This document shows, piece after piece, positions 49,690 to 61,959 of a stretch of 64,000 bases of DNA. The notes under the pieces were generated by a model, which saw nothing but the letters and a program-made list of their open reading frames with translations, ran no database searches and was not told where the DNA came from. The translations under genes were made by a program, and so were the position numbers. Location of the stretch: NCBI RefSeq assembly GCF_006345805.1, contig NW_021832227.1, forward strand, positions 310,001-374,000, in the 5' to 3' direction. Origin of the DNA: Octopus sinensis (lineage: Eukaryota). Each line of letters opens with the position of its first letter. Position 1 is the first letter of the stretch.

Positions 49690-51760
49690 ACTTTTTTCAA
49701 ACTCTCTAAAAGGGGAGTCACTCTGCAAGGATCTGAAACGATACAACATTACTATCTGCTGCCTGCAAAAGACCAAAGTTAAAGAAGGACTCAACCAACA
49801 AAATAATGACCACGAACTTATCCTGCTTCCTTCGGACTGCCAATACTACGGGATGGGCTTTGCGGTGGATAACAGACTAAGAGAATATATCAAAAGATTA
49901 TGGAAAGCGAATTGCAAAATTTTAGTAATTCAACTGGAAATTAAATCTAAATTTACAAGTTTGTTGTCCGTCCTTCTGTAGAATAAATTTTCTTTTCTGA
50001 GCATCCCACATACAGCTATCCATGTGAAAAAAACTCGCTCTCTAAAAATAAGCCAGCTACCTTTAATGACCGTTCTTGGGTCATGTTTATTGTCATCGCG
50101 AAATTCATCTTCAACGGAAATTGCAGTTTTTTAAATCTTAACGGTAATTCATCAGAAATCGTGGGATATAAACATCCTCACCTCTATACTTACCTATAAT
50201 ATCGTATCTTCTATTATGTTAGCAATCAAATTTTTGATAACCAACCTCGCCCCGTCGCATAATTTAGGTAGTGCATGATTTCGTAATAAACAATTATTGT
50301 TTTTCATTTTTAATTTTTTTGTGTTTATTTTTTTACTTTTTTTGTTTTAAGCTACGCGGAGCCGTTTTCCTTAGGTATTCTTCCGAAGTTTTAAAGATCT
50401 CATCATATGAATCGCTGACATTTTTGTTGTTCATTTTACCCAAAATACAGAAAATAATTTTTTTGTGGGAAGGAACACTCTAGAATTAGCATTGGAATCG
50501 GAAAATTAATCTCCTTACATAAAACAGGAAAGGAAAGACGAAAGCTAAATAGATTAAGACCAATCATACTACTCAAATCACTACGCAAAATCTTAATGCT
50601 AATTGTACAGAAAAGAATAAAAATGCTACTACATGGATTTATTTAACCCTATTCCTCCTGAAATTGGAAGGAATGCGGCACGAAGAAAACCGACGACCTC
50701 CTAGGGTCACACCACTACATGGATATATCGGAGCCAGCCAAAGTGGATTTCTCTCTGAAAGATCAACTTCCAATTCCGTTTGGAACCACAAATGGATCTG
50801 TGGTTATGTCTAAAATATAAAGAATGAGAAATCAAAAAAATATAAATAATGGGAATCGACCTATCTAAAGCATTTGACTCAACCAGGAGAATCAAAATGA
50901 TACAAGTATTAACACCATTATTCGAAGAAGATTGCATTTGAATAATTCCTTATCTACTTTTCTCCACTTAACTATTTATTGAATTGGGAAAACAAAATTT
51001 GCAGCATTCAAAACAAACAAGGGCACCCTATCACCGGCTTTGTTCATTGCATATCTTGAGACAACCATACGAGAAGCTTGGAATAATATCCCCAGACATA
51101 TAAAAAAATTATCTACGCATATGACAGATCTCACGACAACAGACCAACAATTAGAAGGTATTGTTGACAAACTGGCCAACACATTTGAAAAATTATTCCT
51201 AAAAATTAACGCTGAAAAAATAGAATATACAATAGTTAGGCGATGTGAACAACGACAAAAAGAGGACATACTAATTAGAAAATCAATAGCAATTTTCGCT
51301 CCCAAAAGACTAAACAATGTATGGTTATGAGATAAACAAATTGCTGCCTCTTTAAAAATCGAATATTTCGTCCAAAGCACATCTCACCTCTACTCTTTTT
51401 ATAATAAACACCCCCAAGACAGAGAAATAAGAAGTAACAGATGAGGCTTATTCGGTCACATCTTAAAAATGGACAGGAACACTCCAGCTAATCTCGTGAT
51501 GGAACACCACTACGCTCCTTATCCGGGATCGACCTTCACGGGAAGACCGAGGATTACGCTCCCAACCCTTGTAATCAAAACCTAATCTTGATTAGAAAAG
51601 GGCTGAAATCGGCAGACGACCTTGAACTTTTAAGGAAACTATCAAGGAAGAAAGGGAACTTGAAGCGATTAATAAAACGAATCTAAGAGAGAGTGGTACA
51701 AGCGAGATAACTTCAATGACGTTGTTTTGCGGTGTGGTTATTAATAATAATAAATAATAA
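49690..51760 (+). mobile_element. Decayed RTE-like LINE (APE plus RT), interrupted
   Basis: APE remnant ICCLQKTKVK..YYGMGFAV (49750-49900); RT remnants IDLSKAFDSTRR, FIAYLETTIR, LKINAEKIEY, RLFGHIL; (TAA)n-like tail at about 51742-51762. Confidence 0.75.
49968..50285 (-). mobile_element. Helitron PIF1-helicase remnant
   Basis: PKLCDGARLVIKNL..GEDVYIPR..FKKLQFPLKMNFAMTIN..SLKVAGL..FSHG*LYV match the Helitron helicase C-terminal motifs. Confidence 0.8.
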
Positions 51761-51901
51761 TACTAAACCGGATTGTTGTTAAGGAAACTTTAATTTGTCA
51801 ACATAAATGATCACTTTTTATGACCGCAGCGCTATTCTTATGTTTAAAATTCTCCTGACCATAGCCTATTCATTAATTATTAACATAAAAGTTGAACGGT
51901 A

Positions 51902-52117
51902 ATGAGTCATTTAAACGAAGAAACTTTTACAATTGTATTAAAACATCCCATGAACTTAAATATTGATAAAATTAAAATGGGTGTGGTTTCAAAAGTTGAT
52001 GATTCTGATAAAATAAAATATTCAAGAAAAATTTTGAAAAAACCAAGTGGGCATGCACCTCTTGCAACGGATGAAAATATACTCGAAATAGTGTCGAAAC
52101 TAAAATCTAATGAGTAA
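51902..52117 (+). CDS. Possible 71-aa orphan ORF
   Basis: ATG-initiated, non-repetitive ORF in AT-rich surroundings; no family recognised. Confidence 0.3.
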   Translation: MSHLNEETFTIVLKHPMNLNIDKIKMGVVSKVDDSDKIKYSRKILKKPSGHAPLATDENILEIVSKLKSNE

Positions 52118-53619
52118 TAAATAATTTTAATGAAAAATTTATTAAACTGCCTTCTAATTATTCTTTTTTATCGCCATAAACAATTTAGTACATGTTCTTT
52201 AATTTATTAAAAAATTGAATGATTTCCTACAAAATGAAATGGTGAATAACTAAGTTAAGGAACTAATTATCGGACCTACATAAAGTCAGTTTTGTTAAAG
52301 AAAACATTGAAAAATATAATAATAAAGCAGAGGCAAGGATTAAATCACCGAGGAAGAAAAAAATTCAGCCAGTAGCCTCGAAATTGAAGTAAATCATTCG
52401 TATGAAGACAATTTTGGTAGTGCTGGATAAGGTGTTGTAACTGATTTGGAGACAGATAATAAAAATGTTGTTATTTACTTTCTCCTCTAAAAGAAGAAGA
52501 TTAATTTCTAGCCGATAAAAAGCAGATTAATGTCTTTAATTAGCATATGCATAATTTGTTGTTGTGTTTAATAATTTGATAATTACTAACACAGTATTAC
52601 ATAACAACTAAAAAATTGTCAGTTTTTATTAATAAACCTTAACGTCTTTTTATTTTACAGAATACAAAAGAATATCAAAAACTAAATGTATCAAGCAATT
52701 GTGTTAGGTTGTCAATTCAATTTAATTTTTTCTTTCGATAATCTGGATACGCTCATAAACCTCTTTTCACCATTTCTCATCACTTTGGTGCGTTCAGTAT
52801 CCAAGTTTGAAATCTTTCCGCATTGGATTTGTGTAAAATGCCAAAGTTTGCTGAAAAAATTCAAAAGTAAACTATTAATTATGAATTACTATGCCTAAGT
52901 ATTAAAGAAGAATACCAGGATTATGCCCTCGAATAGATAAGCTACCCCTAAAACTGAACATTTTTAAATTGTACCCTGGTTAATTTCGAACTAAAAAATT
53001 AAAAGAAAAAAAATCCGAAAGATTTGAAAACGTGAAATTTGTTATGAATATAAAAAAGTTTTTATTCTAAGAAACCAGAAAAAATTGATTCTCCACAGTC
53101 GTTATCACTTTTTTAAATAGATGTTAAATTTGTGATTTTTAGATATTGCTCAGATGCTTAGAAAGGTTTTTTTAGTTACCCAGAAGATTATTGTGATCAG
53201 AAATTGTAGGGAAATAATTTAATTATCTTTTTCGGTTCATCATAAATGCTATTAAATTCTAAATTAAGTTTTTTCCGTTTTTAAACAAATAAGAACTAAC
53301 AATTATTTTATTTATAACTGTGTCTTGACTAAAGCATCGATTCTCAACAAAGATTATGCAGTGTGGAACACTCACCAAAGGGGAGCTAACTCGATGAAGA
53401 GGAGACATGATGAGGTGACAGAAAACGAATACTCTGAGGAAGGACAAAATAATAGCAAGAAGATCACGAAATGTGATAGCGCTCTTCAGGGAGGTCCAAG
53501 ACCACTAAATTGAAAAATTTAATTAATCTAACTTTTAATTCACGCTTTATTTCTAAATAATAATAACTGTGTTTTGAAATTTTATTTATTTGGGTTCAAC
53601 TGTGAGTACTCTTAATGCA

Positions 53620-54300
53620 TGACAATATTCAATCTTAACAAAACCACTTATGCTCAAACCCACAACCTAATGGAATGACAAAAACTGGAAGTATATAAAG
53701 AAACTGTGATCATTAATTGGGGAATCGGAGGATATTAGCAGAAGAAAAATACTTTCTACCGTCTTTTTTAAAAAGTATGGAAGATACGGATAAGAAAACA
53801 TATCGCATTAAAACTGCATCTGCGACTATTTGAAACGTTTATTCGCCTTAGTCTCCCATACAACTCCGGCACTCGGAAACAAGTAGATTAGTGACAGCGA
53901 AAATCGTCGATGCATGGTTCAACAGAAATTAACCGAGTTTGGGCAACGCAATTGAGCTTCTAAGTAACTAATATTTTTCTTCATATTGCGAAAATAATCA
54001 CAAATCTATTCCAGCACGTGTCAGGAGGTCCTGTCATACTCATATGATTTGGCAACAACAGATTTCCATATTTTTGATAGCTTTCAAACGCAACGAGTGG
54101 AGTTTCGTTTAACAGTGATACAGAACTGAGAGCTTGATTGGATAAATTTTTCAAGTAAAAATCAAATGATTTCTACCGAAAATCTGTTGATAATCTTGTT
54201 AAACTTAAGGAAAAAGTCGTAGACTTGGATAGAGAATACATCATTGATTAAATAGTCGCCGGTTTTTATTTTTCTTAAAAAAATAAGAATTTAGTTGCCA
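53620..54300 (+). mobile_element. Mariner transposase remnant
   Basis: LSNATSGVSFNSDTELRA*LDKFF..DFYRKSVDNL..EYIID* matches the mariner C-terminus; upstream SHIAK and VQQKLTEFG remnants. Confidence 0.8.
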
Positions 54301-54919
54301 TACCTTTTTTTCGACTTAGATTAAAAAAATCTGATTCATTAAAGAATCATATTTAGCTCTCAACGAATGATTTTTATCAGTCATCTTTGCTTTGGTGTGA
54401 ATATTTACAACTTTTCAAAAGTATTAAGAAGAGTTTTCTTTTATAATTTTTCTCAGAACAATAGAGAAACTTCTTTTGTATGTACTTCTTGGTTTTAAAT
54501 TATCAATTTTATATTAAAATGATTTTATTTTTATCAAAGATACAATGCAATTGATAGTATATTACACTTTTTCGTTATTACACTACTTGTAGACCTCTGC
54601 TGTGGACTAAACACTTCAAGCACAGTTAGACTGTGAGTATACTAAACATTATATTTTGCAAACAATATTCACATTATTGTCTTTAATCGCAAAAAATATG
54701 TTTTTTTGATCAAAGGACATCAAGAAAACCGAACATTTAAAATAAAAAATTTAATTATAAAATTAAGTGCTCAAGTGGATCCAATCGATATAATTTTATT
54801 ACAAACAATAAATCAATTTCATCGGATAAAAAAGATAATAAATGGTCTAAATAATAAAAAGACGCATTTCTCTTTAAGATTCGGAGGTTAATTGACCTGT
54901 TTTCTAATTTGATAGGCTA

Positions 54920-55284
54920 ATGAGTGAAATTGACGAGGAAGACAAATTGCGGTATTGAATTTAATGTTCACATTTTAGTGTCCGAGAAATTGCCATTACT
55001 TTATGTCAATTGGCGGAAATTATAGAATATGACCTAATTGCTATACAAATGGAATCTTCAGGGTCAATCATATATTTTATACTTTCCAAAGCGAAGATGT
55101 TTTTAATGGGGTTTTTCTCAATAACCTTTAAAGTATTGAATTTTTAATAATTTTTAAGATAAATATAAAGCTAAAAAGAATGTTTTTTAATAAAACAACT
55201 TTTTTAGCATTCTTCACAACCGTGGGTATTTCAGCTGTTTTAGTTGTGGCCTATAATCTTATAAAATCGAATTCTTTTGGCTAG
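54920..55284 (+). CDS. Small tail-anchored orphan, 103 aa, with a BH3-like helix
   Basis: Introns 54952-54978 and 55133-55158 give MSEIDEEDKLRVREIAITLCQLAEIIEYDL..TTFLAFFTTVGISAVLVVAYNLIKSNSFG*. An alternative 29-nt intron in exon 2 would end the frame early. Confidence 0.55.
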
Positions 55285-55466
55285 TCATTTTAAATAAAAT
55301 TTTTCTTTTTTTTCTGTAATTAAAAAGTAATTAATTTTATTAGTCAGACAAATCGATAAAGTTGTTTTTTGCCGTTGTCTTGCTGTCACGTGATTTGATG
55401 ACATTATTAATTAATATTGTATGCTTCATTGATTTTTAAGTGTTGTCTTATTGTCTGTCTGTGTTA

Positions 55467-55820
55467 ATGAAAGAGATGATATCTGATACCAATTGTATTA
55501 TACCTGCCACTTTATTACAGAGAATGTCAAAGATAAACAGGTGTTTACATCAAAGCTCATTAAACTAGAATATGCACTTATTTATCTTGGACGTGAGTTA
55601 AATGGTAAGGAGTCACGTATTTATTCTCAAAAACCATTCAAGTACTACTTAAAAAGATAACAGTGTACTTAATGGACAAAAGCATGACAAAAGTAATAAT
55701 TGGCGAAACCCACAATTTAGTTTTTACGGTCAAAAATAAAAGGTAAATAAATTTTTTTTGAAAGGAAAAGAAGGCCCAAATTTTAGAACTAGGATTTATA
55801 ATCGAATATTTTTAACATAG
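55467..55820 (+). CDS. Possible multi-exon orphan
   Basis: 26-nt and 22-nt GT-AG introns join EYALIYLGRELNGKES|LLLKKITVYLMD..FTVKIK|GKEGPNF in frame, but no clean start could be built. Confidence 0.3.
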
Positions 55821-56559
55821 TTATATTTGAAATACTTATAAGCCCAGGTTAGGTTATAGAAATAAGTTGTCCGACCATTGGAGATCTTATAATTCAATTT
55901 TCTCCACTATTTTTGGTTATTCACAATTTTTAGAAACCTTGATAAAGGAAATCCCCTGACATCTTCTACCGTTGAGAGCCATCAAGTTCTCGGTCGGCCA
56001 ACTTCTCTTTCCAGTACATATTGCTTAGTATACTGAATCTTACCAATGAATTATTTAACAATCTATTTATTCCATAAATAATTGGGATAAAATTTAAAAA
56101 ATGAAAAATTAAACAGAATATCTCATTTTTGAACTAGTTTTGTTGAAAATTTCTGTTCTAAAAATCTAGAAATAAACGAAATGATACAAATAAATTATGA
56201 GACTATGATAGATTCTGATTTTTTCAATTTATTATTTTATAAAAATCACATCTATTCTATTTAATACGTTTAAAGAAAATCTGCCAATTTACTTATCCAA
56301 AATGGTTCAAAAAATAGCCGTATTCATTAAGATAGCATAAAAATTATGTCATATTCTAGGAATATCAGTTATAGAATGAATTTTACTTCAAACTAAACTA
56401 GCTTGAAAATCGCGTGCTGCTCATGATTACTAAATATGATTAAAGGCTGTGGTTTTAATGCCAATTTTAATTACATATCTAAGAGAAATTTAATAACTGT
56501 AATTATTATTTTTACTCTTAAACTGGTTCATAAACAAGAGTTAGTGAAGCATTATTTAG

Positions 56560-57880
56560 TTGCGAAAAGAATTGCTTTTATGTTTCCGCAAAGAATGGCA
56601 ATCGAAATTTTTTGCCAGAGCCACGATGGTTCTTGTGGGTCAAGCAATCCTTCTTCCAATGTCATAGATCAATGCTTCCCGATTTGTTTTAAGTTTAAAT
56701 TTCCAAAACTTTGAAAGATACGTTGCATTTATCAAGGATATTGTTTTCGACTACAAAAATACAGTACACTCGAAACGATTGTTATTTTTATTTTGACCTA
56801 TAAAATAAAGAATAGAAAATGGGTTTATTGGAAAAATTTAGCCAAAAAGACAAAAGAAGAAAAGTCAAAATCTTCTCGGGCTAAACCGCAGATGAAACTT
56901 TATGTCCAGGCCGAATCGAAAAGAAATTCCGATTCTTAAGCACTCTGAATCTAGCAAAGTTCCAACTACAGGAAAAGGATAGGCGTTAATCCAAGCGCCA
57001 GTCCGTGGAGATGGTCCGGGCAACAGCCAGGCACGCCGGTGTTGATCTCCGTGAGACAGTAAGTACCGGAAAGACTGAGAGCTGCTGGCCTCCGCTCACT
57101 TGCGCATTTGGCTTCGGGAGTTTTGAGTCCGCTAACTGTCCACAACGATGTATCTTATGAAAGCTCTTCGTCCGTGAACGATCCGGAGGAAAGAGGAAGG
57201 ATTTTGACTACGAGAGGACTGAATCGGTGAAAGGAGGAAAGAAAGCATGGCAAGAAGAAAACAGAGGGGATGGAATCCGAGACCGCTGTGCCTAATAGGC
57301 AGGATAGTCTGTTTCCAGCCTATATCGTCGGAATGTATGTTAAAATTTGAACGAAAGTATTTCTCAGCAACGAACTTGCGTCGATGGATTTAAGAGTGTC
57401 GAATAATTTTTTCATTATGAAAAGTTTAGGGTGGAGGAATGATGGAATTCCTGAAGAGAAAAAAGGCGTACCAAGAAGAGTGAGATTTTTGGGAAAAGCG
57501 GTGGGTATTACTGGGATATGATGGTCAAACAAGGACCGGATTTCTGATGTAAAGATTGCATGGTCTTAGCTAATGTTGAAAATCTCTGATTTTTGTGAAT
57601 TCACCGTTAGATCTATAGAAGGCTGAATTGGAGCCACTTTATTCAAGTCTTTTACTACGCTATCAGCCGGGTCGCCAATGGAGTCGTCGTCGAGGTACCA
57701 AACGTTGAACTCAGAAGTGCAAGTGTGGACCGAGTGGATCGTTTTGTTGTACATCGGTGGCAAAAATAATGGTAGAAAAACCGGAAATAAGAAGGGATGG
57801 AGAGCCGTAGGTTTGGTGCACGAACTGATAAATAAGATAACCTTAACAGATGTCATCACTCTTCAAAACATGGAAAATAT
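56560..57880 (-). mobile_element. CRE-clade remnant with the 170-bp repeat inserted
   Basis: WYLDDDSIG, LTLLGTPF, GAWINAYP..LLDSECLRIGI, SWLWQKISIAILCGN. Confidence 0.82.
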
Positions 57881-58046
57881 TCATTTACTAAAACTCCCCA
57901 CTGTCTTACTGTGGAAAAAACAATTAGATGATTCTTTTATCATATACTAGGATTAATGATATTTATTCAAAAATTCCTTTTATGTGTATTAAATTAATTA
58001 AATAAAAATTATATATAATTTTATTTAATTAAAAAATCTGAATTAA

Positions 58047-58946
58047 TGGAAGCTTTCTTGTTTGGTAATGCTTCATGTTTCCGCGATTCGATATCCTAAA
58101 GACGTGTCTATGTCATTCTCAAAGTTGCTGGAGATTCTGAAAAGTCCAAACGGCAAAGAAGTAACCCGGCTATTGACGCAGGAGTTTAACGTGATTCTGG
58201 AATGCCAAACATGCAAAGACTTGTATCGGTCTGCGATGATATTTTTACAGCATGAGTGTTTCAAAAACAAAATAATGTCACAAAAACAAATTACTTTTAT
58301 AGTGATGAAATTCCAAGACGTTCCATAGTGTTAGAAGAGAGAGAAATACCCTCAAATGATATTGCGGTTACTCAAAATGTGCAGATTGATGTTTGTCCGA
58401 AACCGAAAAAGAAGCTTGAAAAAAAAGATGTGTTTAGGTTTTTGAAAAAAAATATCCATACTAGTTGTCCGAGTTGTAAAAAGTGTTTTCCTCTACTCTC
58501 ATCTTTGAGGAAGCACAAACATTGGTGTTTAGTATACAATACTATAGTGAATGGAATGTTGGAGGAGACTGACAAAGAGGATATTATTCTTCTTAAAGGA
58601 ATTGTTGAAATTGATTCATTGAGGTGTATTCCATGCTCCCGTCATTTTACTTCAATAATCAGACTTATTAGACATGGGAGACTTCATTTAAAGAAAAGGA
58701 AGTTTTGGTGTCCTTACTGTGAAGCATGTCGATCACACCAGACCGAGATTAGGTATATCGGTATCTTATACAATTAGACATCATATTGTGGAGAGACATC
58801 CTCATGTAGATATTCAAAACCTGGAGAAAAGTCAATTTTTCGATCCGAAGATGGAGTCAGAATTATTTAAAAATACTGATCATGGACGCTCTACTGATAA
58901 GAAATTTCAGATTTCTAATTTTTATCGAATTATTAACAATCTTTGA
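58047..58946 (+). CDS. ZNF800-like C2H2 zinc-finger protein
   Basis: LLEILKS..VTRLLTQEFNVILECQTCKDLYRS resembles the ZNF800 N-terminus; fingers CPSC..H, CIPC..HFTS..H..LH, CPYC..IRHH..H. Frame change near 58256-58302 is an intron or an indel. Confidence 0.7.
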
Positions 58947-59049
58947 TTGTTTCGTTTAATGACATTTTTATGACCGGAAACACTTTTTTATTGTCAAATT
59001 CTTATTTACATAAACTAAACTTAATTCTATGTTCATGGCGTAAGCTAAT

Positions 59050-59372
59050 TTATTTTCTTCGTGAATTTTTTCTGAAGCGGAAATTTATTTCTTGGAATAT
59101 CTTCTCTTTATCAACTAATGAGCTCCGCGACGTGAATTCGTCCAAATAAGACTCAAATAACGATCGCGATGTTCCTAAAATAAATTTACGAGTTTTACCA
59201 AACTTCCTCTTTAGCTTTCTCTGTTAAAGATCAACCGCCTCTCTGCGCACCAAATTACACACTCTTCTATATTATCGCCGAAGAGCCTTTTTAGTGACAA
59301 TAACCGGTTATATTCCTGCATTATTTGCTCATCAGACTTGATTGCAGCCGCATCAACAATAGACAATCCCAT
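59050..59372 (-). CDS. Possible small basic spliced orphan, about 86 aa
   Basis: ATG 59372 with 38-nt and 24-nt GT-AG introns gives MGLSIVDAAAIKSDEQIMQEYNRLL..SLFESYLDEF..RKNSRRK*; other splicings are possible. Confidence 0.3.
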
Positions 59373-59679
59373 TTAAAATTAAACAATCCCATTAAAATTA
59401 AATTAAAAAAATAATGAAAAAATAATTTAAGTCTATTGTTTATACATCGAGATTTATACATTGACTAAAATTGTAGATTACCCATTTTGCTTGAAGAAAA
59501 AATTTTAAAACACAGATTGGCGTTCTTTGGACATGTCGCCCACTCTGATTCAGCGGAAAGAACCATTATGATGAGTAGGGCAAACTAAGCTAAAAAGTTA
59601 AAATTTAATAATAGTAATCATTAAAATAATTTGTAACAAAAGTTTATTATAAATTAATGTATATTAAACAAGATTATTA

Positions 59680-60470
59680 GGTTAAAAGTTAAAATTTATG
59701 ATGTTACTAACATCAAATGAAGCCCGAACCAGGCTCGAGATAAAACATGGCTGGCCATGATCATGACTATTGCTTGAGGGACACTGTTTGGTAACGGTAT
59801 AGAAATTTATTCGGCCATGATTTGCAAGGCCTCGACGTCGACTTGAAAAGTTTGCTAGCCATAGTTTGAGGTTCGAGTGGATATTTGAGGTAAACATCTT
59901 ACGGATGAGGCTTTGTCTAAAGACTAAATCAAACGCCTTTCGTATGTCTACCTAGGAAAGGGTTGTTTTTTCTGGATAGGCATGGTTTTAAAGCCTTCGT
60001 GGATAAAATTAGAGAGTTTTTTTTCAAAAATGAAGATATAAATAGTTTTTTCTTAAAACTATATTGGAACCGTACAAGTGGGAGAGATGGTTAAATCAGT
60101 TTTAATTTTGGATGAGACAAATAATAAAAAGATGGGTCTATATAAAGCAAGATTGTCCTTAGGCTTCCTAGGCTCCAGAATTGGATGAACCTGTGACATT
60201 TTCCATGTTGTTTTGGATTATATAATAATTGATAAAATAGTTGTAAATTTTTGTCAGCGTCATAATAGCCACAGGTTTAGGATTTTTTTAGAATGGTGAG
60301 GATTTTGCCAGGTCCTCATGAATGTGTATTTTTTAGTAGCATGATACGTCATAGACTTTATTAGGATGTATATATGGAAACCTAGAGCTTGTTTTCTTGG
60401 TTTAATCTCTGAAATCGGTGCAACTATGATTTTTTGTGAGGAATGCGACTGATTTGACAATATTGTTTTA
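59680..60470 (-). mobile_element. jockey/I-like LINE RT remnant
   Basis: GFKP, VDIRKAFDLV, NLKLWLANF remnants. Confidence 0.65.
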
Positions 60471-60547
60471 TTAGTCTGTTAGATTTATTTTGTGTAAGAT
60501 CAATTCATTTTTATTAGTTTTTTTCCGAATTTTTAGTTACTCTAAGC

Positions 60548-61816
60548 CAGACGTCACCAAACTACGGCCCGCGGGCCGGATCCGGCCCGCGACAACATTT
60601 TATCCGGCCCGCGCACTATTTCGAGATATTCAATTAATACCTTAATAATTAACTTAAATAAAAACTTTAATTAAAAAATTAAACTATTTTGCAAGATTTA
60701 ATTCGAAAAAACTTATCAGCATTAACGTTAAATTTTTCTTTGTTGCTATGTCTAATATGAAAAGAAAGGTTGACCGCGAATGCCGTGTATTCAATAAATT
60801 ATGGGAATTGAAGTATTTTTTTGCGAAAGATGAATTAAAGCGAAAGCTTATTGTTTAATATGCCACGAACATCTCTCTGTTATGAAGGAGTATAACATTC
60901 GACGTCATTATGAAACGAATCATGCTCCGATATATTCCAAGTACACTGGAAAGCTACGTGAGGATAAAGTTGAATCACTGAAACGCACTTTACAAATTCA
61001 ACAAGGCCTTATAAAAAAAAATTTTGAAAATAATGAAAATGTAACAAGAGCTGGATACGAGATAACGAAAATTATTTCACAACACGGGAAACCCTTTAGT
61101 GATGGGATGTATATCAAAAATTGCATTATTGAAGCAGTTAATTGTTTGTGCCCACTAAATTCTTCCTTGTGAGGCAAACTGTAATGAGATCGACATTACT
61201 TTCCAAATTGGAATTATCAAAGAATTAAAACATTATTTTTTACATAAGTTTTCTGAACTTGACAAAATTGAAAGCGATATAATTTTGTTCGAAAATCCAT
61301 TTTCTTGTAATGTTGAAAATGTTCAACATGAATTACAATTAGAAGTTATTGACTTACAATCAAATGAACAGCTCAAAGATTGTCACAGACGGACCAAACT
61401 CGCTGAGTTCTACGAATATCTCAAGGATGATGAGTTTCCGAGACTAAAGAATTTTGCGATAAAGATGATTTCTATATTTGGCACAACTTACCAATGTGAG
61501 CAAACGTTTTCGAGGATGAAATATGTTAAGTCTGCCCATCGTGCAAGATTGACTGACGGACACTTAAAATCAATTCTCATGATAGGATGCAGCAATTTAA
61601 AACCAAATATTGATGAACTTATCAAAAAAAGATCACAGTTCCATAGCTCTCATTAAAATTTTTTGTTTACTTTATTTTTGTTTAAATTAGTTTTTATTGT
61701 AAAAAACACACTTATGAATTTCTAGTAAAATTATAATCCTATGCACGTGCTCCGGCCCGCGTTCATTGTGTTGGGGTCAATCCGGCCCGCGAGTGCAAAA
61801 AGTTTGGTGACCCCTG
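60548..61816 (+). mobile_element. hAT (SPIN/GTF2IRD2-like) non-autonomous deletion derivative with TIRs and 8-bp TSD
   Basis: TIRs cagacgtcaccaaact and agtttggtgacccctg (14/16); TSD ctcTAagc at 60540-60547 and 61817-61824; ggcccgc subterminal repeats; KEYNIRRHYETNH N-terminus joined to FGTTYQCEQTFSRMK C-terminus. Confidence 0.95.
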
Positions 61817-61959
61817 CTCTAAGCGAATAGGAATTGTGCTCCTCTCTTATTTAAATGTTCTTCTATCCGGGAAAAGGATTATAGTAAAGATTTATGATTC
61901 CTAATGACGGTACACTATATTGTCGACTCTGTCTGTGTATTATTTATTTTATTAGGACC

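Noticed and set aside
50183-50196. atacttacct, like the U1 snRNA start
   Set aside because: Lies within Helitron coding remnant; no downstream U1 structure.
53325-53513. 62-aa charged ORF
   Set aside because: Non-ATG start, no consistent splice model; may be a TE tail.
54440-54720. Possible minus-strand gene MSFDQKNIFFAIKDNN|YTHSLTVLEVFSP
   Set aside because: Only one in-frame intron and no resolvable 3' end.
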